This document shows, one piece after another, positions 10,101 to 19,782 of a stretch of 52,974 nucleotides of DNA (the first letter of the stretch is position 1; each line of letters opens with the position of its first letter). The translations under genes were made by a program, and so were the position numbers. The stretch is from a virus (taxonomy: Duplodnaviria; Caudoviricetes), in the IMG/VR virus record IMGVR_UViG_3300032073_000043, positions 1-52,974 of that record; one strand, written 5' to 3'. The notes under the pieces were generated by a model. It did no database searches and was not told where the DNA came from. It worked only from the letters and a program-made list of their open reading frames with translations.

Positions 10101-11296
10101 AAATCTGCTTGGCTATGTTCTTTACCGTTTAAAGTATATTGAGAAGTACCTATATCATTAAATGCTTGGCTTAATGCTATTGGTCCACCAACAACACCTT
10201 CACCTAAAAATTCACCAGCAAGTTCAACACCATCTATACTGCTTATGGCTTCATCTAATGTTTTACCAGCTATAACATCTTTAGCAACAGAACCAGTAGC
10301 TTCAGCAACAGCACCAAGTGTACCTTCAGTGCCAATAGCAGCTCCAAATCCAGCGCCGATACCTAACACTTTACTACCAGTTGCTTTTTGCACAGCCGTA
10401 TTTGCTTTACCAAATCTATTAACACTTAGTTTAACACCTAGCTTATCAACAGCTGCTGTAGTAGCACCTTTACCAAGAGCGGCTAATCTTAGTTGTTGAA
10501 ATCTATCTTTGTCCTCCATTAAAGCTTTTAAATCTTCGCCGCTATAACCTTGGCCCAACTCTTCAACTAGTAGTTCATCTAAAGCGTAAGCAGAATCAAC
10601 TTGACCTTGAGCAAGTGCATACATACTTCCAGCAAAACTACCAATTTTACCACTTAATGTTCTTTGTTTTCTCATAGCATTTGCCCCAGCAACAACAGCA
10701 CTCATTGTTAAAGCTCTTTTGTCACCAGAAAATAAAGATATAGGGTTTTGAATTAAAGACTCATACGTTGTTAACAAAGCTTGTTTTGGATTATTACCAA
10801 AAGCTTGAAAAGCCATAGCTGTGTCTTCAAACATATTTGGCTCTTCTCCGTTTTCTAATCTAAATTTTCTTCTTTTATCTTCTATATCTTTTTGAAAATC
10901 TTTAGTATAATCGGCTATAGGTCTATATTTATCGTTTTGAGCAATTATCTCATTTATTTCATTTTGATTATACTCACCATCTATGTCAATTAAAGCATCG
11001 TTCATAGATTTTATCTTATCAGCTTTTGAAAAAGGATTATAAAGATCCCAGAAGCTTGGCTCCTTTTCCATCTCTATAATTTTTTCCCTATTAGAAGGTT
11101 CTTCAGGTTGATTAATATAGTTCGATATGTAGTTTGCTTGTTCTTCGCTCGGACCTGAGCCTGTGTATTTTTGATAAAACGCATTAATAAACTCTCCTGG
11201 ATCTTGTTCAGAAGCATATTGAAGTTTAGAATTCAACTCTTCTTGACTTAGACCTGGACTATACTTAGCATATAGTTGTCTATAAAGTTCTTCCAT
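4103..11296 (-). CDS. Giant (2397 aa) virion ejection/polyvalent protein with zincin, sigma-like and HAD phosphatase domains
   Basis: Lies after the tail and pilot genes. Gly/Ala hydrophobic segment; HEFIH...DEYLA zincin motif; HAD motifs IFDFDDTL, VLTARP and LFADD; four KFSK motifs. Confidence 0.75.
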   Translation of the reverse strand: MEELYRQLYAKYSPGLSQEELNSKLQYASEQDPGEFINAFYQKYTGSGPSEEQANYISNYINQPEEPSNREKIIEMEKEPSFWDLYNPFSKADKIKSMNDALIDIDGEYNQNEINEIIAQNDKYRPIADYTKDFQKDIEDKRRKFRLENGEEPNMFEDTAMAFQAFGNNPKQALLTTYESLIQNPISLFSGDKRALTMSAVVAGANAMRKQRTLSGKIGSFAGSMYALAQGQVDSAYALDELLVEELGQGYSGEDLKALMEDKDRFQQLRLAALGKGATTAAVDKLGVKLSVNRFGKANTAVQKATGSKVLGIGAGFGAAIGTEGTLGAVAEATGSVAKDVIAGKTLDEAISSIDGVELAGEFLGEGVVGGPIALSQAFNDIGTSQYTLNGKEHSQADFMNLTGAMTDEQLAQITFDVKNNSSILEGLEARRKDGVIKNNLDTRVTDEGDRTKLFELEKELQGLESKGSVTQSQKNQISNKKAEIKDITNSYFERNKQLEENKKATEQAQVKQVLGADIAEGMGGKTEILSQEEIKNKYGDEASNGAGFITEDGKAVLNKDVSLNNGMLNVAAHEFIHQALNARLNNKATSAVAQKAIEKFKQNMSKNNADIHAQVLDQFKKRKYTNEEVTGVNSDEYLAQLADLMSKDKSIARKIQGKGRIESFIDNVKDLISEALGIPKAELNFETADDVTNFMIAHNKAFANKKADKRFKKFTSEKLATTGKRKFSKVNLDQDADPGPIVDALTKGAKTKAEFQSANGGFGQVYEAIIDGDFDKLFGSGLNKQQKDLAREELANRLVNYDPSKTPSLYKWFGSNIVYAKREANKALAIEAKKDKQTKSIDQAKKNAEGDSFATQIEDTTELTPDEILDLKLAEERKAKQAPVKVKETLRRKMGFERDGKVHNRIKKAIKTNILRKMMVTRSALKKDIATGQYKKGDKITEAVDITDLRWQKEISRALGLDLQETMYEVMGRSTVDYTNFLDQFIEEAFEMMDQNLINNRYKDLVVKVIDRQGSKQSSLDKKVKSKTAGNAKFEKVPKTKEELIQYFLKRGRKESLAQVLAIEFAHDATMEVLAEPEIMSKAEQVLVNKGNFKNQALRSIIGKQIGRDPDLKFSKVDGTKIVEKLNKDNLDVTKANVKNTIASLLPDETKAEIQRLTNDIYNPIKRFIEKVIGEDKGVNINVDEFLKADKQLKITDAEFSNSLLKLFTGETGKMQTYYDPGSATVTKGRTATVDYLHSKFKPDMSEAEVKAAIKILGLHRKHNTSAGVNKQRAARYYQFFYGSQDFNETVVKPLEKYGITYAENISYKKDGEVNSVVTKYFFDGKEIQTLTAPSTSTLDGKRKTAKQRFQDNYKKQFEYTDPAWNEANSYIKYIVKSKKIDPVVKAMLATTMKQDMQGLFKSAAPVEFFFEGKHKGPRTYEHMLATQFALTRLVLFYDGKSKLTPDQLKAKYKVAIIPKVMDDNINIQFRQGTIADIVKDPIDKRYYNPATWGYKNIFAIKSLNPKKPEVLGQGWVLTDAQASKIATPQERALMMAKDNVIAKFSKVEKGMSIFDFDDTLAQSNSKVGVTMPNGKKRKITATEFAVESADLEAAGAAFDFSEFNKVIDGKKGPFFDLAQQINSKFGNKDIYVLTARPQEAAYAIHAFLKGMGLNIPIENITGLEDGKASAKANWVVNKINSGYNNILFADDAIKNVQAVKEVLEAANVKNDVKLAQVKFSKTLDENFNTILERKSGINKNEEYSRAAGKAAGLGKGKYKFWMPPSAEDFVGLMYNMLPEGKAGEKSFKFFTQALIDPYWAGVRSLNAAKQALGNDFYALKKRFPKAFRSLLKDVGYKQYSNEQAIRVYLWNKAGFEIPGMSKVDIEKLSDIVRNNHNMRGFADLVGATTKLEEGYIKPGQDWVSGTIAYDYFSIAQKTNRKKYLANWIERKNEIFSEKNMNKIEAIYGEDYRSALEDILWRMENGTNRTTGKNKLVNSWMNWVNNSVGAIMFFNSRSAILQTISMINFINWSDNNPLKAGMAFANQPQFWSDFSMIFNSDMLKQRRAGLQSDVNEAEIAQAVAGKTDKASAAISYLLKKGFLPTQMADSFAISMGGASFYRNRFNTYKSQGMTEAQAKDKAFADFAKTSEESQQSADPALISQQQAGPLGRLVLAFQNTPMQYARLIKKAVLDIKNGRGDVKTNISKILYYGVLQNIIFSTLQSGLFALAFDDEEDEELTQKLENKKLRALNTSLDSLLRGGGVYGAGISTIKNMILQFNAQNDKGYRADHAYTMIEAVNLSPPIGSKIRKIYSATQTYKFNKKIIPQMGMGIDNPAYLAIANIVSATTNVPLDRAIMKLNNLRAAADSQNQAWQRVATFLGWNTWDVGVKNTAVEKAKAKNKKSSSKRKTKYRK

Positions 11297-11297
11297 A

Positions 11298-12506
11298 TTA
11301 TATTGAGTTTGGATCTATACTAGATGATGATGCCGTGGTGTTTCCACCACCAATTATATTGTCCCAATATCTTTTATGATCTGGGTTTGTTGGGTCTAAA
11401 TTTTTTCCTAAAACTTTTATAGGTGCGTTATCTCTAGATCTATATACAACATCAAAAGTTCCATCTCCATTGTCAACAACCTCATGTGTAGTTGGCCAAC
11501 CTGGTTCATTTGTAATCATATTTAAATTACCACTTCCCCAGTATTGATCTCTATATTCTACAGAAGTTAAAGCTCCTTGAGCATTACCTCCGCCACTTGT
11601 CGATGTTTTTGATTTCTTTTTTTGATAACCATTGTTAGCAGCTTCCTCCATACCGTTAACATATTTGTCTATAACGTATTGTTGAAGTTGATCGTGATTT
11701 TCTTCTTGTAACAACCAACTTTCTGGCTGATCCTTACTTATTATAGGCTCATCTAAGAAGTTATCTGTTGCTAAAGATAGTAAACCCTCTCTACCTTTTT
11801 CTTGTACAATATTTCTAACTTTTCTTTCATACATTGATCTTTGATAATCGTCCCATTGTGTTCCAGAATTATAAGATGATTCGTTAAGTTGCATTAATTT
11901 ATTAGCGCCATCAGAATTTTTGTTAAAATACTTAGGTAGGTTATTGCCGTCTACCATGCTTCCGTCTTCAAGTTGATATTTTACTTGACCATTTATTAAA
12001 CTGTAGCTAGGCTGACCTGAATAAAGTAATTTTAATTGATCTGTGTTAGCTCCTTCTGATATTGTTTTACTATCATAGTCTTTTAAAAATTCTGTTTTAG
12101 AAGCTTTAAACTGATCTAAATTTGAGCTTATATTTTTAAATTGATTTTTTACATCATTAAACATAGAGTTAGCGTTTATATATTCAGCAGATCCAGGTTT
12201 TGTTTTCTTCATTAATCTAGCGAAATTACCAGCTTGTAACTGCATATCTTTAGACCAATTAGTAACACCTTGCCTCATGTACGCGGGTAGTTTTTCAACT
12301 TCATAACCAGGTGGTAAGTTGTCTATGTAAGTATCAACTTTTTTATTTAAGAATTTTTGCATAGCTCCGTATGGCACAGGTATATTACCACCATATCTAC
12401 CAGGCATCCTGCCTTGTTTCTTAGCTATGCTATTTAAATATAAGTCAGCTATACCCGCGTTTTGCGGTCCCATATATGCTCCTTTAATTAAGTTTTGATT
12501 TGCCAT
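11298..12506 (-). CDS. Putative ejection/internal virion protein
   Basis: 402-aa ORF between the pilot-like protein and the giant protein. No recognisable motif. Confidence 0.55.
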   Translation of the reverse strand: MANQNLIKGAYMGPQNAGIADLYLNSIAKKQGRMPGRYGGNIPVPYGAMQKFLNKKVDTYIDNLPPGYEVEKLPAYMRQGVTNWSKDMQLQAGNFARLMKKTKPGSAEYINANSMFNDVKNQFKNISSNLDQFKASKTEFLKDYDSKTISEGANTDQLKLLYSGQPSYSLINGQVKYQLEDGSMVDGNNLPKYFNKNSDGANKLMQLNESSYNSGTQWDDYQRSMYERKVRNIVQEKGREGLLSLATDNFLDEPIISKDQPESWLLQEENHDQLQQYVIDKYVNGMEEAANNGYQKKKSKTSTSGGGNAQGALTSVEYRDQYWGSGNLNMITNEPGWPTTHEVVDNGDGTFDVVYRSRDNAPIKVLGKNLDPTNPDHKRYWDNIIGGGNTTASSSSIDPNSI

Positions 12507-12518
12507 GTTTTTTTTATA

Positions 12519-13172
12519 TTAAAATCCTAATCCTGATGTTAATTTACCCATAAAACTATCTCCTTCTCCTCCTGCAACCGCACTTCCAACTCCACCCGCA
12601 AGACTACCTATACCAGACACTAAAGACTGTGTTGCTTTATCTCTAGCTTGATTAGCAGCGCCAAGTCTTTGTTGTGACATACCTAGTAATGTTTCTGTTT
12701 TATCTAACTCTGCAGCTCTAGATTGTTGAGCACCTTGTAGTTCCATGCTTTGAACAGTCATATCTCCTTGAGCTGCTTTCATCTGGTTTGATGATTCTTG
12801 CATACCAATACTAGCTGAAGCTTTTTGTAAGTTTTGTGATTGTTGACCAGCCATAGCTTGTGCTAAAGCAGCAATACCACTACCACCAGCTGCACCTTGC
12901 ATACTACCCATTGTGTTGGCTAACGCTTGCTGTTGTTGTTGAGCTGCAAAATCTGCAGCTTGTGTGTTAACTGTTAAGTCTTCATATGCGTTTTCTAGAC
13001 CAGTAGCTAAATTGCTAGTGTCTAAGTTTTCATATCTTGCTTTGTTGCGGTTAAATTCTTGTTGAGCTGCTCTTTGTTCTCTTCTTCGTTTTCCTCCACC
13101 AATTAACCCACCGGCTATACCAGTAAGTCCTCCAATTATGCCCTGTGCTGCACCCATTGCTGCGCCTATCAT
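12519..13172 (-). CDS. Gly/Ala/Gln-rich DNA pilot (ejection) protein
   Basis: Gly-rich hydrophobic N- and C-termini around a Gln/Ala helical core, typical of podovirus ejection proteins. Confidence 0.7.
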   Translation of the reverse strand: MIGAAMGAAQGIIGGLTGIAGGLIGGGKRRREQRAAQQEFNRNKARYENLDTSNLATGLENAYEDLTVNTQAADFAAQQQQQALANTMGSMQGAAGGSGIAALAQAMAGQQSQNLQKASASIGMQESSNQMKAAQGDMTVQSMELQGAQQSRAAELDKTETLLGMSQQRLGAANQARDKATQSLVSGIGSLAGGVGSAVAGGEGDSFMGKLTSGLGF

Positions 13173-13209
13173 ATTTTTATTAGTTTTAAGTTATTATTAT
13201 AATTACACA

Positions 13210-13527
13210 TTATTTGCTTGATTCAAAGATTTCACTACCAACATCATATAGTTCACAAGCTGTGGTAGCATCGTTTTTCATTTTAACCTCAGCAAAGTAA
13301 CCTCTTATTGAGGAAGTGTTACCTCTACTATCTTTACTAAATAGTATAAAGTCACTGGAAGTAGGTCTAGTAACTAAACCACCTATATTACAACTCACGC
13401 TAGTTTCAGTAACGGCTGTAACCGCACCCATTTGCACTATAGTACCACTAGTGTTTTGATAATAAGCCGTATCACCAGTTTGTACTGAATCTTGTATGTG
13501 CGGAAATGTCATTGTTATATTTGGCAT
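13210..13527 (-). CDS. Small tail-associated structural protein
   Basis: Beta-rich ORF immediately after the tail stabilisation gene. Ends in ...SIRGYFAEVKMKND...SEIFESSK. Confidence 0.6.
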   Translation of the reverse strand: MPNITMTFPHIQDSVQTGDTAYYQNTSGTIVQMGAVTAVTETSVSCNIGGLVTRPTSSDFILFSKDSRGNTSSIRGYFAEVKMKNDATTACELYDVGSEIFESSK

Positions 13528-13537
13528 ATTTTATCTA

Positions 13538-16500
13538 TTAAGGTTCTTGAGCAAGTGATACTGCTATATTGAAAGTCATATCAGACGCAGAGTCGATCAC
13601 TTCGTCTAGTTGAGCTGTCCAACTATAATGTAAATCTTGTGACGGCGCAACACCTACTAAACTTGTTTTAGTTATTGTTAATCCACTTACTTGATGGAAC
13701 GCTGATGCTTGTGTAGCCGATATTGATAACGATATATCATTGTATCCGTTATTATAGAAGTTACCGTACATAACACCAGTACCACTAGTTAAGTTAGTTC
13801 CACTTGCTGTTCCGATTAATACGTTTTTAGCTGCTGTTCCACTATTTCCGTTACCATCGTTATACGTTGCTCTGTGTGCTCCTAGTATTAATCCACCACC
13901 TGCTCCAGTAACTGTAGGTGTATATAACCTTGAACCACCACCACCAGATCCACCAGTTATAGAGGCAAAGTTATTAATAGCTAGGTTAGATGTTAAGTCG
14001 TCACTACCGTATTTATTAACACGCATGTCACTAGTTATACTTATTGTTTTAGGTGATGCAGTGTTATTTATAGCTATTATAGGTGTTTGATAGTCTAACT
14101 CAAAACCATTTGAAAACAAGTCTATATCATCAGAATTTGTAGATAAGTAGTTAGACCAGTCTTCTATTTCTGGATCTCTTAATTTTGTAATATTTCCAGT
14201 AGCTGTTGCTGTTAAGCTTAAGCTAAAACTAGCAACGTCAGAGTCTTCGTCTGTGTGCAAATTAGCTATATATGTTTTTGTAATATTACTAGATGTTACA
14301 GTGAAATCAGCAGTTGCTGCCATACCTAGCGTTAAATCTACATTCGCAAGTTGATTTATGTAAAATGGGTTTTGAACAACATTAGAAGAGCTGTATACAT
14401 TTCCTTGTAAAACAGGATCTCCAGTGCTTGATGGTGTTATAGGTAGCAAAGTTGTTGGACTTATAGCTTCAATAAGTATATAATATCTTTTAGAAACAGT
14501 AGTTTCAAAGAAAGGTATTGATACTAAAGAAAACCCAGTTGAAGGTATTTCTAAATCAGTCTCAGATCCAACAAACGTTGTTCCATTCCACCATTCAGAA
14601 AATGTTATAGTAGTACTACTAATTGTTTGTGCTGTGTTTAGTGTTATAGACGTGCCATTTACACCGGCCACAGTTACAGTACCACTTATACCAGTACCAG
14701 TAACCAACATACCTACTTTAATGTCGTTGTTTACAGCTGTTAAAGTTAAAGTTGTGCTAGATCCCGATGTACTAGCTGTTGATGTTGTAAAGTTTTTAAC
14801 TCTAAAGTCAGCACCTATAGCTCCAAATATTTTTAATTCTTTTGTTTGAGCAAATCTACCCACGGTGTTACCACCAACTAAATCATATCCACTTATTTTG
14901 TTTACATCAGCAGCATTTTCCAATACAGACTTACTGTGGAATATTATTTCGTTTTTATTTGTATCTTGTGCAGGGAATTTATAAGCTACAGTATACACTC
15001 TTTTGTCTACATCAGCTAAAACTTTACCACCAACACCAATAGTTATATTATTGTTACTAACATCCTTATCTTGATGTGTTATAACATAATAGCTTTCAGG
15101 ATCGTTATCCTCTACGGTTATTTTAAAACTAGGTTGTTCGTTAAAGTTATAACCGGTAGCTAAATCTATAGTTACAGTAGCAACTGTATTTTGTGTAGTG
15201 TAGTTAGCTTGATAACCTAGTTGATTACCACTTGGATTAGCTGTTTCGTTATTTCCTGAACCAGCATAACTAACTGTTTGTGTTATGTTACCGTCACTTT
15301 GATCTATTATAACTAAGTTTTCTAGCTTGTACTTATTTAAAGCGCCATCACCTGTTACAGCTAAATTAATAGCTAAGTTACTAGATGGCATGTTAACACC
15401 ATCTGTAAAGCTTACTTTTGCTTTAACATTAAGACCATCTTGAACAAATACTACACTGCTAACATAAGTACCTGTAGAACTTACACTTAAGTCACTAGCG
15501 GTTAATGTAGAACCAGTATCAGGAGTTATAGTTATAAACACATGTGTGTTAGTACTATGTATTTCAGTACCAACCTCAACGTCAAATGTAGAACCTGGAT
15601 TAGTTGTGTTAGCTATACCAGTTAAGCTTACTGTAACTGTTTTATCACTAAGAGCTAGATCACCAGATATAGCTGTTAATTGACCTATACCTTGTACGTT
15701 AAATTCTTTTGAATCTAAATTCTCTAACGTTGTAGCTTCACCTTTAATGTGATTATAGAACCTACCTTCTTTTTTCTTGAACTCTTTTATAAAACCTTGT
15801 TGAGTGTCCGTGTGTATATGATCACAGTACCAACCCTTAGTGTTAGTAGAGGTAGCATTGTCATAATTATTTGTATAAACTCTTGATAAGGATCCACCAT
15901 AGTTTAATGTTTTAAAACCTTTAATAGTTTCTGGCATTTCATTTATTAAAAGAGTAACAGATGATTCATACTGTACTCCATAGAAATTATTTCTAATATC
16001 ATTTTCATGTACAAATAATTCTCCTGTTTTAAAAGAATAGTACTTGTTGTTTAAAGACAAAGCACCCTCAGGTACAAAAGATTTAAAACTAGGGAAACCT
16101 TTTACTTTTTCATCAAAAGAAACCGTTTGACCATCTAAAGTTAAATTGTATAAACCTTTACTGCCATCGTAACTACCTAGTATTAATGTTGAACCTGGTA
16201 AAGTATCTTTAAAGAAATCTTCCATACCAGCATCTGATATAGCCGTTAAACCATCTCTTGATAATCTAATAACAGCGCCTCTTGATTTATCTGTAAAATA
16301 ACACCTATAAGCATATGAAGCAAAAGACTCTGGGTTTTTTGATATACCGTATTCACCTATAAAAGGTACTGCTTGCCCTAAAACTTTATTAGTAGCTGTT
16401 AATTGTGGGTTGCCGTTTGCTTCAAATATTGCGTCTTTATTAGCTAAAACTTTTAAACACTTATCTTCGCAAAGTACTATTAAGTCTGTATTTCTAGCGT

Positions 16501-19500
16501 GTAACTTTTGTATACCACCATAATGTGGGTTTAAATCTTTGGTTATAGCTTCACCTTGTATAAATTGATTAAGCCTATTAATACCACTAGTTGAATTAAA
16601 TATACCTGAGTATATTAAACCATTCTTTCTTCTTTCTTCTTCGTAAGGTTCATCTAAAACAGCTGAAACCTTAACACCTTTACCCATTCTAGGCGCGTTA
16701 AAGTCATCATTTATTCTATCAGACTCAACGCCGTTACCAAACGAATAACAATTTTTAAAGTCTAAAACATGTGTTGAACCATGTTGTGATATTGGTCTAG
16801 ACAAACCAGTTTCGTAATAAATATCTAACTCAGCTGATTCCTTAGGTTCTGTTTCCCAAATTGCTGGATTACTTGATGTTAAAACTTCTACATCAGCACT
16901 AACAACATTTTGCATTATTTGTATTTCACTAATATAATTAGTTGGATTACCGCTAGTTGGATATGTAAAAGGATCAGTATAACCATCAGTACTGTCTTTC
17001 TTTTTAAACTCTAAGTTGTATTGTCTTCTTTTTGCTGATTGATACCTTTTTCCAGATGTTCTTCTATATTTATACTTTCTATCTTCTTGCGCGTTTTTAG
17101 TTATTTCATATATTGGACTTAACGCATCCGATTGACTACCTTTAAATCTAAAAAGAGTACCTTGTAGTTCTATTAATTTTAAAAAGTTATTTATAGTGTT
17201 TGATTTATCAAATGATGTTGATCTACTTTTTGGTGATCCGCAAAAATAAAACGTCATTTTCTTTTGACCAAGCTTTGGATGGCCATTGTTGTCTTGTGTA
17301 ACCCATCTACTTCGTCTTCTGTCTGCTGTATCAAACCAAGAAGCCTCTTGTCTAGAGGAGCCAGCACCCGTGTTTTGTGCGTTACCAAAAATAGTTCTAG
17401 TTTCTATTATACCAAATTGCTCATCTTCTTCTGGAAAAGAAGCTATAATATTAGTATCAAAATTACTATCTCTATTTATTTTTACAAAAAATCTACCGTA
17501 AAACTCAGCTTTTCTTTCAAATTTTTCTTCAAATAATATAATTTCAAAGCTATCACCAGCGGATATACCAGAAACCATAGTATCACCAGTTTTAATAGGT
17601 TCTTCTAAAGTTACTTTATATATATGTTCTTTAGACTCATTTGATCCTGTATCGTCTGTATCACCAGTTGGACCACCACTAACAACCTTGTATTTATCTG
17701 ATTTAACACCACCATTAGCAATTTGTATAACAGCGTCTGATGAAAAACCTTCACCAAAGCTAGGATTAGTTTGAGGATTTGGACCTCTAAACTCAAACGA
17801 CACACTACCTATTTGAGGTATACCTGAAGTTCTAGCTTCTACATCACCAGTTGCTATGGCTCTTTCTTTTAACTTTAAAAAATCAGGTGCATCGTTAGAT
17901 ATATCTAGTATTTTATATCTAGACTTTGTTGCAACAAAATCATCAGAGTCATGTTTTTTCTTTAATATTAAATAAGTTTCTTCATCTACTTTGTTTCTTT
18001 CAGATGAAGGAAAGCTTAACCAAACATTACCATCTTCAGCTAGATAATATCTATCCATAGCTAAATTGTAATATTCATTAGAAGTTTCTTTTATGTAGTA
18101 TTTAAAATGCGTAGCCCAGTCTGGTGGTTGATTACTTAAACTAACGTTTATGCTATTTACTGTTTTAGCATAATCTTTACTTGTTTGCTTAGAAGCATTT
18201 GCACTAGTAAAAACAGGTGATTGTCTGTTGTATTTATCTAAATAAACAACACCAACTTGATAAGTTCTAAGTGATTTTATTGATAACTGAGGTTCTTTAA
18301 CCGTTGTAATAGCAGCTTGTGAAATGCTCATGCTGATATTCGGTAAGTTAAAATCAGGTATATCGTAGTTTTGTAAGTAGTTAGCGTATATAAGTCTATT
18401 TGCTGTAACCTCTTGAGCGGTAGCTTTTCTTGGAACGTTATCCCAAGGGCGAAGTGTTTGATTAGACTCTACAACTTTACTTATTATTTCTGACTCTAAC
18501 TTATACTCTGTTGGAAAAGTGCCATCAGAAGCGTACTTAAGCGTGTCTACGACATATACATTACTATTGTTTGTCTCTTTATATAGTATATCAACCTCTT
18601 CTACGTCAATAGGTCTTGATTCTGTTATGTTTATTGATAATTGTCTTAAGTTGTTTATCATACCATCGTTATAACCGTTGGTAGATAAATATTCAAAAGT
18701 GTCAGGTAAGAAAGCTAATTCGCTAAAAGGTGAAAACGTAGAATATTCACCAGAGTAATATTTCCATCTATAAGCAAAGCTTACAAATTTCTTTTCAAAA
18801 AGTACACCCTCTTCACTTAGTATAGCTTCCCATGTTAATGGTATATAAGGTATTTCAACTGGTATACTTTGTATTGTACAATTAAAAACGTTAGATGCAC
18901 TTATACTATTTATTAATAGTTTTATTTCAAGATTTTCTTGTTGTCCTAATTCTTCATATATAGACGTACAAGTTATTATATCACCTGCTTGCCAATTTGG
19001 TAGTGGTGAAAAAGTTAAGTTTAAAACAGTCCCAGCATCTTTAGCAACACCTTCTGTATCTGTGAAAGTTGTATTAACAGCATTACTTATAACAACTGTA
19101 GATGTGCCTGTACCAATACCACCTCTTGTAGAAGAGCTCATTACTAATGTTGGTTTACCCATCGGCGCTTTTTTAGCTACTGTTATATGTTCTTCTGTAA
19201 AACTAGAAGAAGAAGCTAGATCTGAAGAAGCTATTATTTGACCAGTGTATTTAGTGTGTGTTGTAAAATTAGAACTACAACCAGATTTAAAAACACTTAT
19301 ATCTATTTTTTTAGGTTCTTTTTCACCATCCGTCCACATTAACATACCATCTAGAACGTTTATACCTGTTATATATGTACTTGCTTTAAAATCAAGTATG
19401 TTATTTGTATCTACCAACACCGGTGATATTACACCGCTAGCATCATCATACTCGGCTATGCAATCGGCTTCGTCAGCTTTTATAAACCAGTATATTCTAT

Positions 19501-19777
19501 CGTGCTCGTTATTTAGTTTAGTACCAACACAAATAGCGTTAGTTAAACCAAAGCTATCTGTATTCCAATTATCAGTTATAACTTTTTTATTCGAGTCATA
19601 CGCTTTACCTAATATTTGCGTTGTACCTTTAATGTTTTGAACACTACCAACATTGCTACCTTCAGATGTAGAAATCTCAATGTTAAGAGCGTCTCTATAC
19701 TCTCCATTAGGTACTAATCTTTCGTCCAGGTCTTTATTCATTTTACCTAAACGGAAGTGATGTTTAATATCTGGCAT
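13538..19777 (-). CDS. Tail stabilisation/nozzle protein (crAss-like 'muzzle' type) with long C-terminal extension
   Basis: N-terminus GKMNKDLDERLVPNGEYRDALNI and internal NCYSFGNGVESDRI and EYGISKNPESFA match the family pattern I recall. Follows the ring proteins. Confidence 0.75.
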   Translation of the reverse strand: MPDIKHHFRLGKMNKDLDERLVPNGEYRDALNIEISTSEGSNVGSVQNIKGTTQILGKAYDSNKKVITDNWNTDSFGLTNAICVGTKLNNEHDRIYWFIKADEADCIAEYDDASGVISPVLVDTNNILDFKASTYITGINVLDGMLMWTDGEKEPKKIDISVFKSGCSSNFTTHTKYTGQIIASSDLASSSSFTEEHITVAKKAPMGKPTLVMSSSTRGGIGTGTSTVVISNAVNTTFTDTEGVAKDAGTVLNLTFSPLPNWQAGDIITCTSIYEELGQQENLEIKLLINSISASNVFNCTIQSIPVEIPYIPLTWEAILSEEGVLFEKKFVSFAYRWKYYSGEYSTFSPFSELAFLPDTFEYLSTNGYNDGMINNLRQLSINITESRPIDVEEVDILYKETNNSNVYVVDTLKYASDGTFPTEYKLESEIISKVVESNQTLRPWDNVPRKATAQEVTANRLIYANYLQNYDIPDFNLPNISMSISQAAITTVKEPQLSIKSLRTYQVGVVYLDKYNRQSPVFTSANASKQTSKDYAKTVNSINVSLSNQPPDWATHFKYYIKETSNEYYNLAMDRYYLAEDGNVWLSFPSSERNKVDEETYLILKKKHDSDDFVATKSRYKILDISNDAPDFLKLKERAIATGDVEARTSGIPQIGSVSFEFRGPNPQTNPSFGEGFSSDAVIQIANGGVKSDKYKVVSGGPTGDTDDTGSNESKEHIYKVTLEEPIKTGDTMVSGISAGDSFEIILFEEKFERKAEFYGRFFVKINRDSNFDTNIIASFPEEDEQFGIIETRTIFGNAQNTGAGSSRQEASWFDTADRRRSRWVTQDNNGHPKLGQKKMTFYFCGSPKSRSTSFDKSNTINNFLKLIELQGTLFRFKGSQSDALSPIYEITKNAQEDRKYKYRRTSGKRYQSAKRRQYNLEFKKKDSTDGYTDPFTYPTSGNPTNYISEIQIMQNVVSADVEVLTSSNPAIWETEPKESAELDIYYETGLSRPISQHGSTHVLDFKNCYSFGNGVESDRINDDFNAPRMGKGVKVSAVLDEPYEEERRKNGLIYSGIFNSTSGINRLNQFIQGEAITKDLNPHYGGIQKLHARNTDLIVLCEDKCLKVLANKDAIFEANGNPQLTATNKVLGQAVPFIGEYGISKNPESFASYAYRCYFTDKSRGAVIRLSRDGLTAISDAGMEDFFKDTLPGSTLILGSYDGSKGLYNLTLDGQTVSFDEKVKGFPSFKSFVPEGALSLNNKYYSFKTGELFVHENDIRNNFYGVQYESSVTLLINEMPETIKGFKTLNYGGSLSRVYTNNYDNATSTNTKGWYCDHIHTDTQQGFIKEFKKKEGRFYNHIKGEATTLENLDSKEFNVQGIGQLTAISGDLALSDKTVTVSLTGIANTTNPGSTFDVEVGTEIHSTNTHVFITITPDTGSTLTASDLSVSSTGTYVSSVVFVQDGLNVKAKVSFTDGVNMPSSNLAINLAVTGDGALNKYKLENLVIIDQSDGNITQTVSYAGSGNNETANPSGNQLGYQANYTTQNTVATVTIDLATGYNFNEQPSFKITVEDNDPESYYVITHQDKDVSNNNITIGVGGKVLADVDKRVYTVAYKFPAQDTNKNEIIFHSKSVLENAADVNKISGYDLVGGNTVGRFAQTKELKIFGAIGADFRVKNFTTSTASTSGSSTTLTLTAVNNDIKVGMLVTGTGISGTVTVAGVNGTSITLNTAQTISSTTITFSEWWNGTTFVGSETDLEIPSTGFSLVSIPFFETTVSKRYYILIEAISPTTLLPITPSSTGDPVLQGNVYSSSNVVQNPFYINQLANVDLTLGMAATADFTVTSSNITKTYIANLHTDEDSDVASFSLSLTATATGNITKLRDPEIEDWSNYLSTNSDDIDLFSNGFELDYQTPIIAINNTASPKTISITSDMRVNKYGSDDLTSNLAINNFASITGGSGGGGSRLYTPTVTGAGGGLILGAHRATYNDGNGNSGTAAKNVLIGTASGTNLTSGTGVMYGNFYNNGYNDISLSISATQASAFHQVSGLTITKTSLVGVAPSQDLHYSWTAQLDEVIDSASDMTFNIAVSLAQEP

Positions 19778-19782
19778 ATGTG